DNA of 62,248 nt, counting the filler, from Choristocarpus tenellus KU-1152 (Eukaryota > Protista > Phaeophyceae): the NCBI GenBank assembly GCA_964200185.2. It is 12 parts of 12 records of this genome, joined end to end, with 100 filler letters (N's around TTAATTAATTAA, not from the genome) between each part and the next. Parts side by side here need not be neighbours in the genome. Positions count along the whole stretch, not along the records: positions 9,698 to 12,537 come from CAXNAD020024289.1; positions 12,638 to 26,968 come from CAXNAD020001224.1; 10 more parts are not named here. The stretch is one strand, 5' to 3'. Every line of letters starts with the position of its first letter. The first letter of the stretch is position 1. Shown piece by piece: positions 12,119 to 25,893 of the stretch. Below the pieces are notes generated by a model. That model had not been told where the DNA came from. It ran no database searches and worked only from the letters and a program-made list of their open reading frames with translations. Both the position numbers and the translations under genes were made by a program.

Positions 12119-15100
12119 GTTGCTCCTCACCACCTTGCGTGTATTTGTGTGCTGCATGAGTTGGGGCAGTGGGGGGTGGGGTGGGGGAATGTTGAATTCG
12201 TGTGTAGAGAGGGTTAGGAACAAACGGTGTTTTTGCAGTGATGAAAAGAAGTGAATTGGGAGCGTTACGAAAAGAAAGGACATAAAAAATTAATTACGTT
12301 TTTTATTATTCTTTGTAGACACGCTTTTATGAGATCATTAGGAATCTGACTGCACCTTGTGAGCAGATATATGTGCAGAAGCGAATTCGACACTATGTTT
12401 GAAGTTGCACTTCCAAGACCTCCCTGTTTTTTTCTTCCTCTTGATTTGGCTCCCCTCAATTGTGATTCTCCCCCCCCCCCCCAACCCCCCCTCAAACCCA
12501 TTCTCCCGCCCCAAATACGGCATAACCTTCTTTGACCNNNNNNNNNNNNNNNNNNNNNNNNNNNNNNNNNNNNNNNNNNNNTTAATTAATTAANNNNNNN
12601 NNNNNNNNNNNNNNNNNNNNNNNNNNNNNNNNNNNNNCAGTGCACCAATCAACAGTCAGTACAAGCTGGTAGTATGTGTATCATATCAACAAGAAACAAA
12701 TGAGTAGCCTATGTTTTAACACCTCCCCCCACATACTTTGAGCAGGAGCTGGGGATCGCCATCATGACTTTCACAGTTGGAAAACGAGAAGAGGGTAAGA
12801 ACCCGATAAACATTTGTAATATCTTCCCCCAGACCAGGAGGGAAATCTGCTGCATGTTTATATAATGCTTGTTGGTTTAAGAGCACTCAGTAAAGGAATT
12901 CTGCTTTCGTCAGGGTGGTTTTCTCTTGCTCTATGTGCTGGCTCATCCATGCATACGATTTACGAATGAAACCTAAATCTGACAACGCTGTTTTTGAGGG
13001 GTTGAGCATGGCATAGTGTGTTTTGTGCATTGATATAGTTCAAACTATTAATGGTAGTACATTCCATTAATAGAAGTATATTTTATCAGAAGCAATCCAT
13101 ACTTGGAGTATAGCACATATGCAATGCTCAGTTTGACAAGGCTATGTTCATGTGAGGGGTACTTGTCTGAGAGGGGTCTTCTAGAGTTTGCGGTTGAAGG
13201 AATTGCGAGAAAGTGGTTCCCAATATACCGTGTGGGATGAAGTTTAATCCATGTGTGAACGTCTTTGCCATGTTTGATTGATATTTTGGTGTTAGAGCGG
13301 ACAGAGGAATATTGCAGAACTCACGGTGACTGTGTTAAGTCTGCTGCAGCCCAAAAAGGATGGTATCAGTTTCCCTTCATTGTATCAACTGGGTAGTTAT
13401 CCAACTCCAGATGAGGTAGTGATCCACCCTCCACATTATGGATTACTGTACTTCTCGAGTCATCCAACAGAAAATCATGTCCAACTTAATGACTAACATA
13501 TTGTCCAGCGTGCAATAATCAATAATTATATGATCCATAACTAACTGTTCTCTACACCTGGTGTTCTAAATCCTTGCTTGTGCTACAGGTATACAGCTAA
13601 CTGTCACTCAAACCAACTGAGAGGTGGAAGACAGGGTGGCATCTTAAACGATCCCGAGAAAGGGCAAAAAGATGTCATTTAGTGCAATTGAGGTAATAGC
13701 ATTTGCTGAATTGTGATGTCACGTTGTGTGTGGAATGGGAGAATATCAATTTTGCGTGCACTATTGCGTACATAAAAGCAATGAAATGAGGGTGCATTGC
13801 ACATAGTAAGAAATTATGGCTTGAATACAAAAGGGTCCAAACCCCTGCCTACCTCTCAGTTGGTTTGACTCCATGTATCAAGTCAAATCCATCATAACAG
13901 CCTCAATACTATTCTGTCGTGTATGATATCGTACTACACACATGAAATATTCCAGGTAAATCTTCACGCTGACAACAATTTTTTCTCGGTTTGAGGGTGG
14001 AGGAGGGTTGCGACACCGACATAACTCACCTCGATAGAATAATTTAGTAGCCTCAGTAGTGTAGGCAGGCGCTGATACCCCTGAAGTATAGCCACACTAT
14101 TGTTGGTTCTCTTTAATTGTATTATTCTCGTACCATGTTTGATTCCGGTAAATATGCTTAACTGAGCTTCATCCATTTGGTGGAGGTGTGTAGCTTCTAC
14201 AGATTTAAGACTGAGTCAAAGTAAGCAGGAGGTACCAGAGTTGCATTTTAAGGATGTCGACAAATACGTCCCAAATTATGCATTCTTACGAAGGCATGTA
14301 GGATCTTTTCTGAATTCTGTGTAATAAAAAAGTCTTAAACAATGGAGAAATCAGTGCTACCAAGTCAAGCTTAGCACTTCATCCATAGAAATATGGATCA
14401 GGGTTAGGAAGTAGTCAATTCCAGTTGTTACAAGTGAGGCACAGGAGCACTTACAAAGCAGAATTGTTTTCGTTTGACAGCAGTGTCACAATAGGTTAAT
14501 CTAAATCCGTCAAATTCTCGAAAAGGCGGGTATAATTCTGTTGATAAATCGTAAAGAAATTATTGCCATATAAGATGTGTGGTCCAAGCATACAAGAGGA
14601 TGTTGCGAGGGACAGCAGAACGAGCACCTTTGCAAGCAAACTCATCTGAGGAAAGGATACGAATACAACAACACAAATGGAGTACAGGCCACACTCCCAC
14701 CTCAGTCCCTTGGATCCTGCAGTTCCAAGCACCAACGTCTTTCACCCACCAGAAGGTCTGATGAAGGGAAGCCCTTCCCCCTTGTGCCCACAGAGACTTC
14801 GAAAAATATCCTCATATTGTCCATTTATAGTGACAGGAAGTGGAAGGCAAAAACAACTCTTGTCGGGACAATTGCCTATGAACTCACTTTCTATCACATC
14901 TCGAGGCAATTCATTGCACTGCGAACAGGGAGTATGAACAGAAGGGAAAAATTCCCTTGACCTCTAACAGACATCCAGTCACCAAGGGTACAGAGTGCGC
15001 ATACCAACAAATATTCCCCCGGGGATACTCATCATCTGGTCAATGTTTGGCATCGGTTACAACCAAAGGGAAGTAAGTACTTATCTCACAGTGGGGCAGA

Positions 15101-15325
15101 AGGGTTCTAGAAGAAAAGATCGACCCTTGGACAATATCCTGTATTATGTGCATTTCAGGACACTACTACCGTGCTCACTTTGTGGTGTTTGTGAAGAGAC
15201 CTGGTATAAACAAGGGGAAGTTTTGAGAGAAAAGAAAGATTTACTCAAATCAGTATTTGTTACTACTCTGGTTGTTTCTTCTCCAATGTCTACTCCAGAA
15301 CGGTTTGAGTAAGGTTCTTGATTAG

Positions 15326-15707
15326 TGCAGTGCACAGGGGAGATTCCTTGTCTTGGGACCCCCCACTGTCCTTGGGGAATCCTTGCTGTCATACTTTTTC
15401 ACTTAGGAATATTTTTTTACGCGCAGGTTAGGGTTAGGGTTGGAGTTAGATTATCGAAAAAGAGTGAATAAGTGGTGGATCCTTGAGAGGTTCCGGTTCC
15501 CCGGTGCACACAATACTCCATCACCACTTCTTCAAGAGTGTTTCCTTGGCTGGTTGGGGATATTTTCACACACAAGTTAGGGCTAGAGTTAGAAATTTGG
15601 TTAGGTTTTCACAAATGCGTGCGAAGAAGTGAAAAAAGCAATACAGTGGTGTTTCCCCAAGAACAGTGGGGGCTCCTGAAGACAGGGAATCTCCCCTGTG
15701 CACTACA
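15326..15707. mobile_element. 382-bp non-autonomous TIR element with TG...CA ends, ~55-80-bp TIRs and internal TTAGGG-like repeats
   Basis: Left end TGCAGTGCACAGGGGAGATTCCTTGTCTT.. versus right-end reverse complement TGTAGTGCACAGGGGAGATTCCCTGTCTT... Flanks attag / atttg (5 bp, one mismatch). Confidence 0.85.
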
Positions 15708-15860
15708 ATTTGTCTGGAGTACAGTATGACTCAGAAAATCTGTTGACGGTGTGTACGTATACAGTTGTACCGTTCGAGGTAAAATCATAATGCCACACCT
15801 CTCCACCATTTGCCAATTTCCAAATGTTAAATGGGAATAATCCATAATAATATGATCAAT

Positions 15861-16160
15861 AGACTGCCCCACTCATCCGCCAGCAATGGTGTAGCTGCTG
15901 GTGCAGCTGAGCTGCGAAAGCACACCCACTGCGAGGCTTCTCTTGACCCTTGTAGTTACAACCTCAACACCTTCGTGGTGGAAAGTTTTGGGCGCCTCAG
16001 CAAGCAAGAAGTTTTCTGTATGAGTTGGCTACGCATGTGGTAGGGGGGAGAGGGCTAGGAGGCTACACATGGAAAGGGGCTGTCAAATCTCTTTTAAGAT
16101 AGTTTGTGTCTGTCACAATACAAGTACCTCTATCTAGATATGTCATGCACTTAAAGCTAG
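15861..16160 (+). mobile_element. 3' fragment of an RLE-type (CRE-like) non-LTR retrotransposon
   Basis: GVAAGAAELRKHTH...SYNLNTFVVESFGRLSKQ fits the restriction-like endonuclease pattern AA..AE..K...Y......P...E..G.lg. A second copy lies at 38720-38965. Confidence 0.7.
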
Positions 16161-17713
16161 AGACACTAGGGAGATGGGCAAGGAGGAGCTTGTTCGATTC
16201 TTGGGATGCTTCCCTACCTTCTTACCCTAGGCTGCAGGACTAAGCTAGGTTGGAGGCACAGGAGGGCAGTGGTGTAGCATAGCTGGTAGTAAAATTGTAA
16301 AGAGATTATAGAAAAATGATGTTCAATGATGTTCACATTTACGACAATTGTTACTTATTTAGGGTTCTGACATTTGAATGGTAGTCTATTATATATGCTT
16401 TTTCTCTGACACATCTGCAAAATGTCAAAGGGCATAATATTAAAATAATAAAAATTAATAGTCATGGAAAATATCAGACAGCATGATAACATATTAATAA
16501 TACTCGATAGCCCACTACACTATCTGCTTCAATTAAAAAAATGTTGCCTCAAGTATTTCGAATTCTGTTTCGTGTTAGAAAGGTCACATCATTTACAGCA
16601 TGACACAACGACAAGATGATACTCCTAACCTGATCACTATTTTCAAAATTCCTCTTATTTTTAAAAGTGCAAATGAGTAGTCTCAAGTCAAAAAATAAAA
16701 TTTATGTGCGATGAAAAAAACTTGTCAAATAAAAAAAACGAAATACGGGATTGATATCATTGCCACGACCAGGCCCCTACACCAAGCTCTTAAATAGTGG
16801 CAAAAAAGAGTTCCAAATGGAAAGCTTCTCAAACTCTACATACGTGTCGTATTCAGGAATCTAGTTGAACCTCGGATTGAGTTTTTCATTACCCTTGATA
16901 CAGTTTTTTTTATGAATTGAATGGCTAGGGAGATGCTTTTAGGGTTAATCACCTCCCTAGTCCATCTGAGTCATGACAAAAAACAGTGGCAAGGGCAACA
17001 AGCAACACTCCAAAGTTGGAATTTATAACGACTTCCTCGTATCCAAACCAATACGCTCTCCACATGTGTCTGAGAAAACGCATAACAATAGTAGTACATA
17101 TATCAGTCTAATCCTTTAGAATAGCACATAGGAGACACAGCCTCAAAAATAAAACAAACAAGTTAACTTGATTGAATTATTCTCCGTATGCTTGATGCCC
17201 TTGAGCTGTAAACCTCCCATCTTATTCAGTGAACAGAGAGGAGAGCTTCTCCCAGGCTAAAGAAAAAGATGTCTAAGAACCATTTTCAACACATGAATCG
17301 CCAGACCATTCAATCTCTACACGCAAGTGTGTCCGCTTGGCTCAGTGGGGTCTGTATCGTTGGCATCACAACTTTTAAAAAAGGAATGACCATGTAGTGC
17401 ATGCACTGCATCAGAGTTATTAATTCATTATTGATCATGTATTGCAAGAGGGTTGTCCACTTTCAGAGCAACATGCACAAGCATTTTTCCTGACAAAAAC
17501 CAATACCTACTACCACTGTGGTTCTTAAAAATATTCAAGGCAAAAAAATACTTCAAACAGACACGCCCCCTTCAAGCGCACACACGGTCCTCACATCTCT
17601 AGGCCAATTTCTAGTTCCGTGTGATTCACACAAGCACACCACAGATGCACACTCACAAATCACACAACTCATTGGATGAAATAAGTTGATATTATAAAAA
17701 GAACAAGCGATCA

Positions 17714-20700
17714 TCACTCAATCACAGCCTCCAGTTCTTCCATCGCCTGGACGTCCTTCAGCATCTGGTCCTTGGGTAGTAGTACAGGATTCGGCTTTTC
17801 TGGAAGCTCCGCCATCAATCTCTTCATGAACTGGCAGAGGGGCAGTGAGATTTGAAGCAACAGACATGTACAAGCAGGGGCGGGATGGTGACATATTGAT
17901 TGCTGGATACTTTCCTACTTACTGTGATTTTCTACCTTGAAGTACTGCACACTAACCTCATGTCACTGAATAAAAAAATAAGTAGACTCACAAACATTTT
18001 TGTTGGCAAAAGAGGTAACAAGTACTGCAGCTTCCAACAAGTACACAAGGGAGGTGATGTAGATCAGGCAAAATATGAGCAAGATCAAACACAACCCACA
18101 AACTTCAAGTCACAATTCCCATGGCAATATTTTGAATTTGAGGACTACATTTTAAAGGTGTCATTTTTTGTTGACATTTAGCAAAAGTACTGCATTACAC
18201 TAACCTCAATCCCTCTCCTGTACAAACAATGCAGATGCCTTAGCCAAGTAAGTAGCACTTTGTGAAAAATCAACAGTGAAAGGTGGAAAGGAATATTTCA
18301 TCAAGACTTCCCTGCCACTCCATCTATTCTACCACTTTCCCCTCAGAGGGTGAATTCAAGGCCATTCATCCAAAAACACGTGCGACTGTTGCATCTTCCC
18401 GACTCTAACCAATCAAACTCACCTCATACACAAAATACTGCACACCAATCATAGGCACCACAGAGACAAGCCTCGGTGAAAGAGAGTTGTAAAGACTGCC
18501 CACTCCCTCCTCTCTAACCATTCGGAGGAAGCAATCAACTATGCCAGTGTACTGCCTGGAAGACACAGCTGTCTGTGTAACAAGGCGTGTCTTAATACTA
18601 TCCATAGGAATCATTACAGTCACACTTCCTGCTGCAGCTGCACTCCTGCCGGGTACCACAGCAAAAGCAGTTATTTTGGGTGGTGGTTGGTGGTTGGTGG
18701 TTGGTGGTTGGTGGTTGGTGGTTGGTGGTTGGTGGGCCGGGGGGGGGGGGAAGAGGGTTCACCTTCATATATTTGCACACCCACCTACATAAAAAGCGCG
18801 TGAAAATTGTAGTACAAAGTAGTTAACAAAATCAGTACATCCTAAGTACGGTGACTGTTTCTGCGGCAGGTTGAGAATTCACCGAGCACACAATGATGTG
18901 TTCCAAAGTATATGCAAGTAGGGCTGCTCTACTGGTCACTGGAGTGGTAAATCCCTCTCCCCCACCATCCTTCAGCAATTGCCAATGGAAAGCTACTCCC
19001 CTACAAGCCCAATGCCAATTCCAGAGGCATTCTCACCCTAGCCAGAAGTTTTCTGTGTTGGAAGGAAGGCGCTGCATTATCTTGAAGTGCAGATCCTTGA
19101 ATTGCTGGAAGAATACCCACGTCAAGCCATAGCTTGGTATCTTTTGCACCAGGCCTGGCCACCATCCGGCATAGAAACCCTTCAACCCGCTCTCCTTCAC
19201 AATGCTTTGAATCCCAGTGCCGATATCGGGGTACACCCCTGCCATGATCCGATTTATCAGCACCATCTGATTACTCCATCAATAAACACACCAGCAAAGT
19301 CAGCGTAGAAGTGTCAAGCTTATGTGTGTGTGGTGCTCTGGAGAGCAACTTTATTTGCACTCAGAGTAAAGACACAGAGAGGGCCTCAACAAGGACCCTC
19401 CAAAAACCTGGCAGGTATAACAAGAATGACACAACAGAGTGGACTGCAAATGGAGTACCAAGTGCATGGCAATTACTGTACCAAGCGATCAAAAAGGCTT
19501 CGACAAAAGAGAATTCAATCCATCACATAGACACATAGCCACATGGCTCGCTGAGAGGCATTATGATATTATGCTTGTCTATATACTGATGTGAACATTG
19601 TGGACAATAGGGCAGAGACATGAATCGTCTGAATAAAAAAGGGTAGAAATTAATGGTGCATCACTGGTACAAGTGTCTGTGATGTGGGAAGCCCAGGTCA
19701 AAAGATGCAGGTCTTTTCATGCAAGGAAGAGAAGGTAGAAATACTCTCCTCCTCAGGACTCATCTGAACTCCAATAACATACATCCCCACGAAAAATATC
19801 AAGCATTCATTCTTATCAAGAGCAAGTCTGAGAGTAAACACATCAGTAGGATCGACAAAGAACGGATTAAACATTTCTTTCGCAGGTGAGCAGCAAAAAA
19901 ATGAAAAAGATTACATGGTTTGGTGTCCACACAGAGTCCAGCCCTACAAAAGTGAAGCTCTAACTGTATAGCAGAGGCACTCTTATAGTGTAAGCGTCAG
20001 AACTTGAGTGGTTGATTTCTTGTTTCGATGTTTTGAGTTGCTGATAATAGGAAGCCATCTACAATACCCAATGCAGGCACTTCGATCACTTCCTCAACAC
20101 CATTTGTTTCCAAGATGCAGATTCCTGCATTTTTGTAGCAAGCGTCCATTAGACATCCTCTGTATGACAAGGCTTTACCTGAGGAGTGCTCATGATGGAA
20201 CAGAAGGTTGTAGCAGCTGAACACGACAAGAAGTCCAAAAAGAATGATGCTGTATTATCTGGAAGCAAATTTGACATCCTCGTCTTGGTGTTCTGTTGTG
20301 GGACAAGGGAAGATGCAAAATAAATAACCTACCTCTAATTCCAACCCTCACAGTGCATGGTATAGATGTTTGTTGGTGTGGTGAGAACAATAACACCAAG
20401 GACTTCGAAGGCATTAGCTTTGGGGAAAGGATGGGGTTACCGCAGTTATAGAAAGGGGTGCAGTCAAAAGGGAAGGTCAGCAAGAACAAAGTACACCGAC
20501 TGTGTGGATGGTTGAATAGTTGCCTCTTCCGATGACCAGAGTGAGCACCATTCAATCTAGACTACACATGCATGAGAGGATGAATGGTCCAATTACATGA
20601 GATGCGGGTATCAAGAAGGACTACTACTTTTGCCCTACTCTGCAAGAGGCAAACAAGAAAACAATAAATACACACAACACACACACATAATAGTACATTG

Positions 20701-21890
20701 AAGTATTTCCACGTTTATCACAGAAACAAGGCACATAGAGAGCTTCTTCCAAGATCATGAGTGAAATCAATAGCCTACTACACATTTCGATCGACATTTA
20801 TATCTTCTATGTGCGAATATTGCATGGGGTGGCCAAGACAGCTGGACTTTTGTACAGAAGAAAGTGAGCAGCATTCAAGTCACACAATATTATGCCCACC
20901 TCATCGTAACGCAAGGCCAATATTTCATGCCACAATTCAAGCTAGATAGGTTAGCACACCTCAAGGACGGCGAAATGGAAGGCACCGTTGGGGAGGGATA
21001 GGAGGAACTGAGCCCCAGCTCCCCTAGAAAGTGTTGCCCACGAAAGGGGAAAGATGACCCTAAAGGATCCCTTCGTCTGCAGCAAAGTCTTTATAACATT
21101 GGCAGGGTGTAATGCAGTCTGCGCCACACTGTAAGTAGGATTGGAATGGAGGGTGAAAAGGTGAGAGTCTCGATTCTGTCACCATTTTGACAGTTGAAGC
21201 AGGCTTCCACGTGGATAACATGGTTGCCTATCCGCGACCCAGCCTAACTGAGTTTTGACCATTATTAAGATTTCCATACTGTTTGGGGTGCTGTGCTAGT
21301 GAACATTGAGTGCAAACTTCATCCTCACCTTCGACTAACGGCCCCCGCTACCATACACCCATAAAACGTCAACTTGTATTCTGGTCGAGATCCGGTTCGC
21401 TTGGCTAGTGCCTGCGCCTTGCGGTTCTCGTCCTCTACAGCGAACGTCCCCCCGTGTTTCTCCTTTAAACGCGAAAGTGACGCCAAAATAGGTCGCCGCA
21501 CATCCCCCAGTGTCCATAGTTTCTCCCTTAACCCTCTGTTACTGTAGCCACTCCATCTTGGCCTCCACGAAGCCTCTTCCCACCCCACGCCAGAGAACCT
21601 GAATAGAGGTCAGAGCATATGAGGGCGTGGTTCGAGTACTTCCAAATTTGACCAAGCACTCCTCCGATCGTGAGCGGGTCTATGCTCTTGGTTCATGGGT
21701 TGTACAACATTGAATCTGCTGACCTCTCCTTGGACAGCCCCTTTACGCCCATGACAGGTTGTGCTTCCACCGCTCGACATCCCCTGCTCCGCAACAAGTA
21801 CACGCACAGGAGCAAAGCATGTCTTCCTCTCTTGAAGCAATGCAATGAACCATCGCATCTCCGCGACGACATGCCTGGAACTGGTATCAT
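17714..21890 (-). CDS. Mitochondrial carrier family (SLC25/MCF) protein, 429 aa, 7 exons, long N-terminal extension
   Basis: Exons 21890-21724, 21598-21329, 21128-20960, 20292-20179, 19266-19037, 18645-18423 and 17830-17714. All introns are GT-AG with consistent phases, total 1290 nt. Three carrier repeats: HPANVIKTLLQ...SRGAGA; TPQMVLINRIM...SGLKGFYAGW; IPMDSIKTRLVTQ...EEGVGSLY. Exon 1 and the start codon are less certain. Confidence 0.93.
18677..18735. repeat. (GGTGGTT)n heptamer repeat in an intron of the carrier gene
   Basis: About 7-8 tandem units ~30 nt upstream of the exon 6 acceptor. Confidence 0.9.
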
Positions 21891-22386
21891 GTTAAGAAGA
21901 GGGTGATGCCATCAAACAAACCAAAACTTTAGTGACTTCACTCTGACATTCATTATTGGCATCGTCAACTCAACGATCAAAACGCCTACCTCTCCACCAA
22001 ACCTTCAGCCTCACCAAACCATTTTCACGGTCCTTACCAACCCAGTTGGATATCGAAAATATCTCGTCCACACCAACCAGCTTTGTCAACACTTCTACTC
22101 TGCACGTTCATCGTGCGACCATCTAGTCTAGTTTCTTAGCTGAGTGGCGACGAGGTCGTGTCCAGACTGTTAGGGGTGACCACAATTGAACTTTTTAACC
22201 AAGAAAGATAATTGATTGGGCGACCTTTCCTCAACCAGACCAACAGAAGTGTGACTTGATTAGTGCATAAGGGATTGCTGAAAATAGGGCTGTAGGTTCA
22301 GTGAGGAGGTACGGAGGTTGCATGAGGAGCGTACACACGCTCTGTGCACGTAGGCACGCTGCGTCTGGAAGGACGACGGCACCATA
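21891..22386. promoter_or_regulatory. Probable bidirectional promoter between the carrier gene and NIP7
   Basis: Divergent start codons 496 bp apart in an otherwise gene-sparse genome. No TE was recognised in the interval, and a reverse CCAAT (ATTGG) occurs near 22216. Confidence 0.55.
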
Positions 22387-24091
22387 ATGAGGCCCCTGAC
22401 CGACGACGAGACCAAGGTTTTATTCGAGAAGCTCGCCAATTATATTGGAAAGAATATCGAACAACTTATCAACCGGTCTGATGAGAAATGTTGTTTTCGG
22501 CTGCATAAGGACCGCGTGTATTATGTAAGGTGAGCCTGTAACTACCCCAGCTGATAGTCTTGGGTTGTGGGCATCTTTTGCAGTGATACCCAATGTGCTG
22601 TGTGCTAAACCACCTCCTTTGTTGGTCTTGAACTGCCACTGCATGGATATAACCTGGTAAATATCAAATCAGGGAGTCCTTTTGCTCCCTTCCCAGCGCT
22701 GTATTTTGTGCAAGTTACCTTGGTGGTTACGCCTTTGTCCTATAACCTTCCCAGCGCATTGAGTACTGTAGATTTGTTGACCAGGCGACAGTATGTGGTA
22801 GTACTCCATATTTGAGGTGGTTTGCCATAGAGATGGTGCTTCGTGTCTACCATGCCCCACCTTCCGACCTGGTCCTGAGTGTTTGCTCCCCCGCCTGTCT
22901 AGCGAACGATTGATGCGGCAGGCGACAAGCGTCAACCGCGATACGCTGTTATCCCTGGGTACCTGCTTTGGTAAGTTCACCAAGAGTGGCAAGTTTCGCC
23001 TGCACATCACATGCCTGGACTACATCTCACAGTACGCCAAGGTCAGTCAAGTCTCCGTTTCCACTATCATTGTCTTCCCCAGTGTAGATCTACAGCTCGT
23101 TCTGTGTGAATTCTAGATTGTGGGAAGCATAATGCCTGTCCTGTGTTCCTCTCTTGTTCCCTTTCCTTTCCATGTGTTCCGATTTTTTTCTGTTTCTTTT
23201 CCCTATGTTACCTATAGGCATTTGGAAGCACATGTTTCCCATTGTCGTTGCCATACCTACCTGGTGGTGTCCCCTTCAACAAACGAAGTTTTGAGGTCTT
23301 TCTTTTGCTTGTATTATCTATTTGAAGCATTAGTGCTTGACACTAGGACACTCTGCTCCTAGTAAATCACTTGTGATACCACTTAGTTGGGCTGACCCTC
23401 TGATGTGCCCTGCATTTTGATGGGTTATGTTGCGGCAATCAGACGTCCGGGATCTGTTTTAAATGACCAATATAGAGGAGATAGCAGGCATTACAAAGAC
23501 ATGGTGTGCCCCAACGGTTTGTTTTGTTCCTGTGGAATGCATACAGCATGTTACTGATTGATTCTGACTCCGGCAATGAATTTGAGATTGGAAAGACTTG
23601 CTAGATCGTTGGGCTTGATGCCCCATCCATGTGTCCATTATATTGCATATGCTATTTTAGTTGTAGTGATTCTTTTATTCAGGATTCCTATCTTCTACAG
23701 GTTCCCATGGTGTATAACTTTCTATCTGGTTATCACCAACCTTTGCCCAAATTAACTCCATTCCAATCTCTCCCCCCTGCCAACCTCCTCAACTGCCAAT
23801 TGCTTTCCATATTGGTATGTCTTTTACTAGTGTAAAGTGTGGGTAAAACCCAGCGCAGAGATGTCCTTCCTCTATGGAAATCATGTTCAAAAGTCAGGTC
23901 TGGCGCGGATAACAGAGTCCACTCCCAAGTATGCAGGGGTGGCAGTCTACAGCATGAGTGATATCCCACTGGGCTTTGGTGTGGCTGCTCAGCCAACGGA
24001 GTACTGTCGTGATTTGGATCCAACTGGGGTGGTGGTATTGCATCAGGCTGATGTGGGCGAGTACCTTCGTGTTGAAGACGACCTTTTGTGA
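22387..24091 (+). CDS. NIP7: 60S ribosome subunit biogenesis protein NIP7 (PUA domain), 180 aa, 3 exons
   Basis: Exons 22387-22529, 22903-23041 and 23831-24091 (543 nt). [21 protein letters not shown]...[13 protein letters not shown]...[23 protein letters not shown]...[18 protein letters not shown]...DIPLGFG...[10 protein letters not shown] is the characteristic NIP7 sequence. Confidence 0.97.
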
Positions 24092-25893
24092 TCATTAAGA
24101 GAATATTTTTACAAAGAATGTCTGTGTACTGTGGAACAATGGAACATAGATTAAAGTACGTAATCACCAAAGGCTTGCAACAGTGAGGTGGGTTGCTTTT
24201 AGTCTGAATAACCACAGCAAAACCACTGCAGTCCGAAAAAAGTGTGCAACTTTTGTTTTGATGAAGTATACGTTACAGTTTGAATCAATGTAACGGCATA
24301 ACCTCCTCATCATTTTCATATTTTTTGTCGCTTTTGTGTTTGTGGTGATGAAACTGCTTTTGCTGATCATGTGGAAACTATTTCAGAGGGGCGAAACCTG
24401 TCGATTCCTAGTTGAATAAGCGAGGATTGTAGCAAATCAGGCTTAAGAGTAGCTGTATGCAAATCACAGGGGACCTATCCAAACCTGATGAGCTCGGGAA
24501 TGTATGAGTTTGGCAGGGGAAGTGTTTTTTGCCTTCATATGGCTATTGATACCATTGAGGTTCAACACCTTCCCTGCCAAGTATGGCACACTAAACGAAA
24601 CTCTGGCATTTTTCTAGCCAAATCTTGACTGACACAAGCAATGAACAGTACAATTTCAAATTGGAACCGCATCGCTCTGGACACCAACAAGACTGTACCA
24701 TGGTGTGGTACTACCCCCTAATGTCTGGACTGTGAAAGCTTGAAGTTTCTTCGCCTCCTGTAGGGAATATCTCTTTTGCATTTTCTGTATGCCACTACTA
24801 TACTCTGAGATTCCAGGTTAATGGTAATGGGTGAGGACAGCACTTTGAGTTGATTTGTTCTGGTGCTATTGTGAGACAACTCTTGATACACGTGTTTGAG
24901 TCCACCTTTTTCAAAGTAGAATATTTCCAAGTTGGATTGCGTAGTGGCACACAGAGTGTTTGTGTAGCACTGTGTGTAACACCTAACATGATAAATGCAT
25001 ATTGAAGCACGTATAGTACATGAGAGTTGCCGTAGGGTATAGAGAAAATCCCACATATGATGTTAAATATCCCCAAGGTGTGGAAACCCCATTTTTGTTC
25101 TTTTTCGGTCTATTGAAGCCAAGAACGCATGGTGAAAGCCTGCTCCTTGTGTATATGGAAGTATAAATGCGTAAGTATAATGAAAACCCTACACCATGTA
25201 TACTATGTTGGTATTAAAGGTGATCTCGTGAATTTCACACCTTAATGTACCACATACTGCCACTATAGTGGCAGAAGCAACACCAGAGTGAAGTCGCTCC
25301 TGGCAATTCAGTGGGGTAAGGCCAAATCATTCGTGTTGTGAATTGCAACAATTCAACCAAGTTGCTCTTGTTTAATTGAATAATCAATATTGTATTTGAA
25401 TACTTTCAATTAGTGGATTAATTTTATTGTGGGTGGCACTAAGTTCTTCCGCACAGCCCCCTTGAAAAACACTGACGCGCTCTTTTGATCTACAATACTA
25501 CAAAACACAAACAATAATTCTTTTTTATTACCCTGCTCAACTTCATTTATGCAAGGGGAGGATCAACTGCTTGTTCCTCAAAGAATTACAAAAAACCTAC
25601 TATCACACCAATTATTAGCTGGATAGAGAGTACAGCATTTGCTTTACAACAGAACCAGGATTCATGAAGCTCAACTAGAAAACACACACACACATAACTA
25701 TAGAGTATACCCTAGAAGTCCTAGGGGTAACAAAGCAACCAACCTCCTCAGCAACAGCTAAGCATACTAACTTCTTAATATGAACACCCCGACTACTATA
25801 TTCTACTTCATGCTCCTACTGTATATATACCTACCTATGGTTGGAGGCAATCTGTCCTCTGTAAGTTGAGACATTAAACTGAGAAAACAATCT

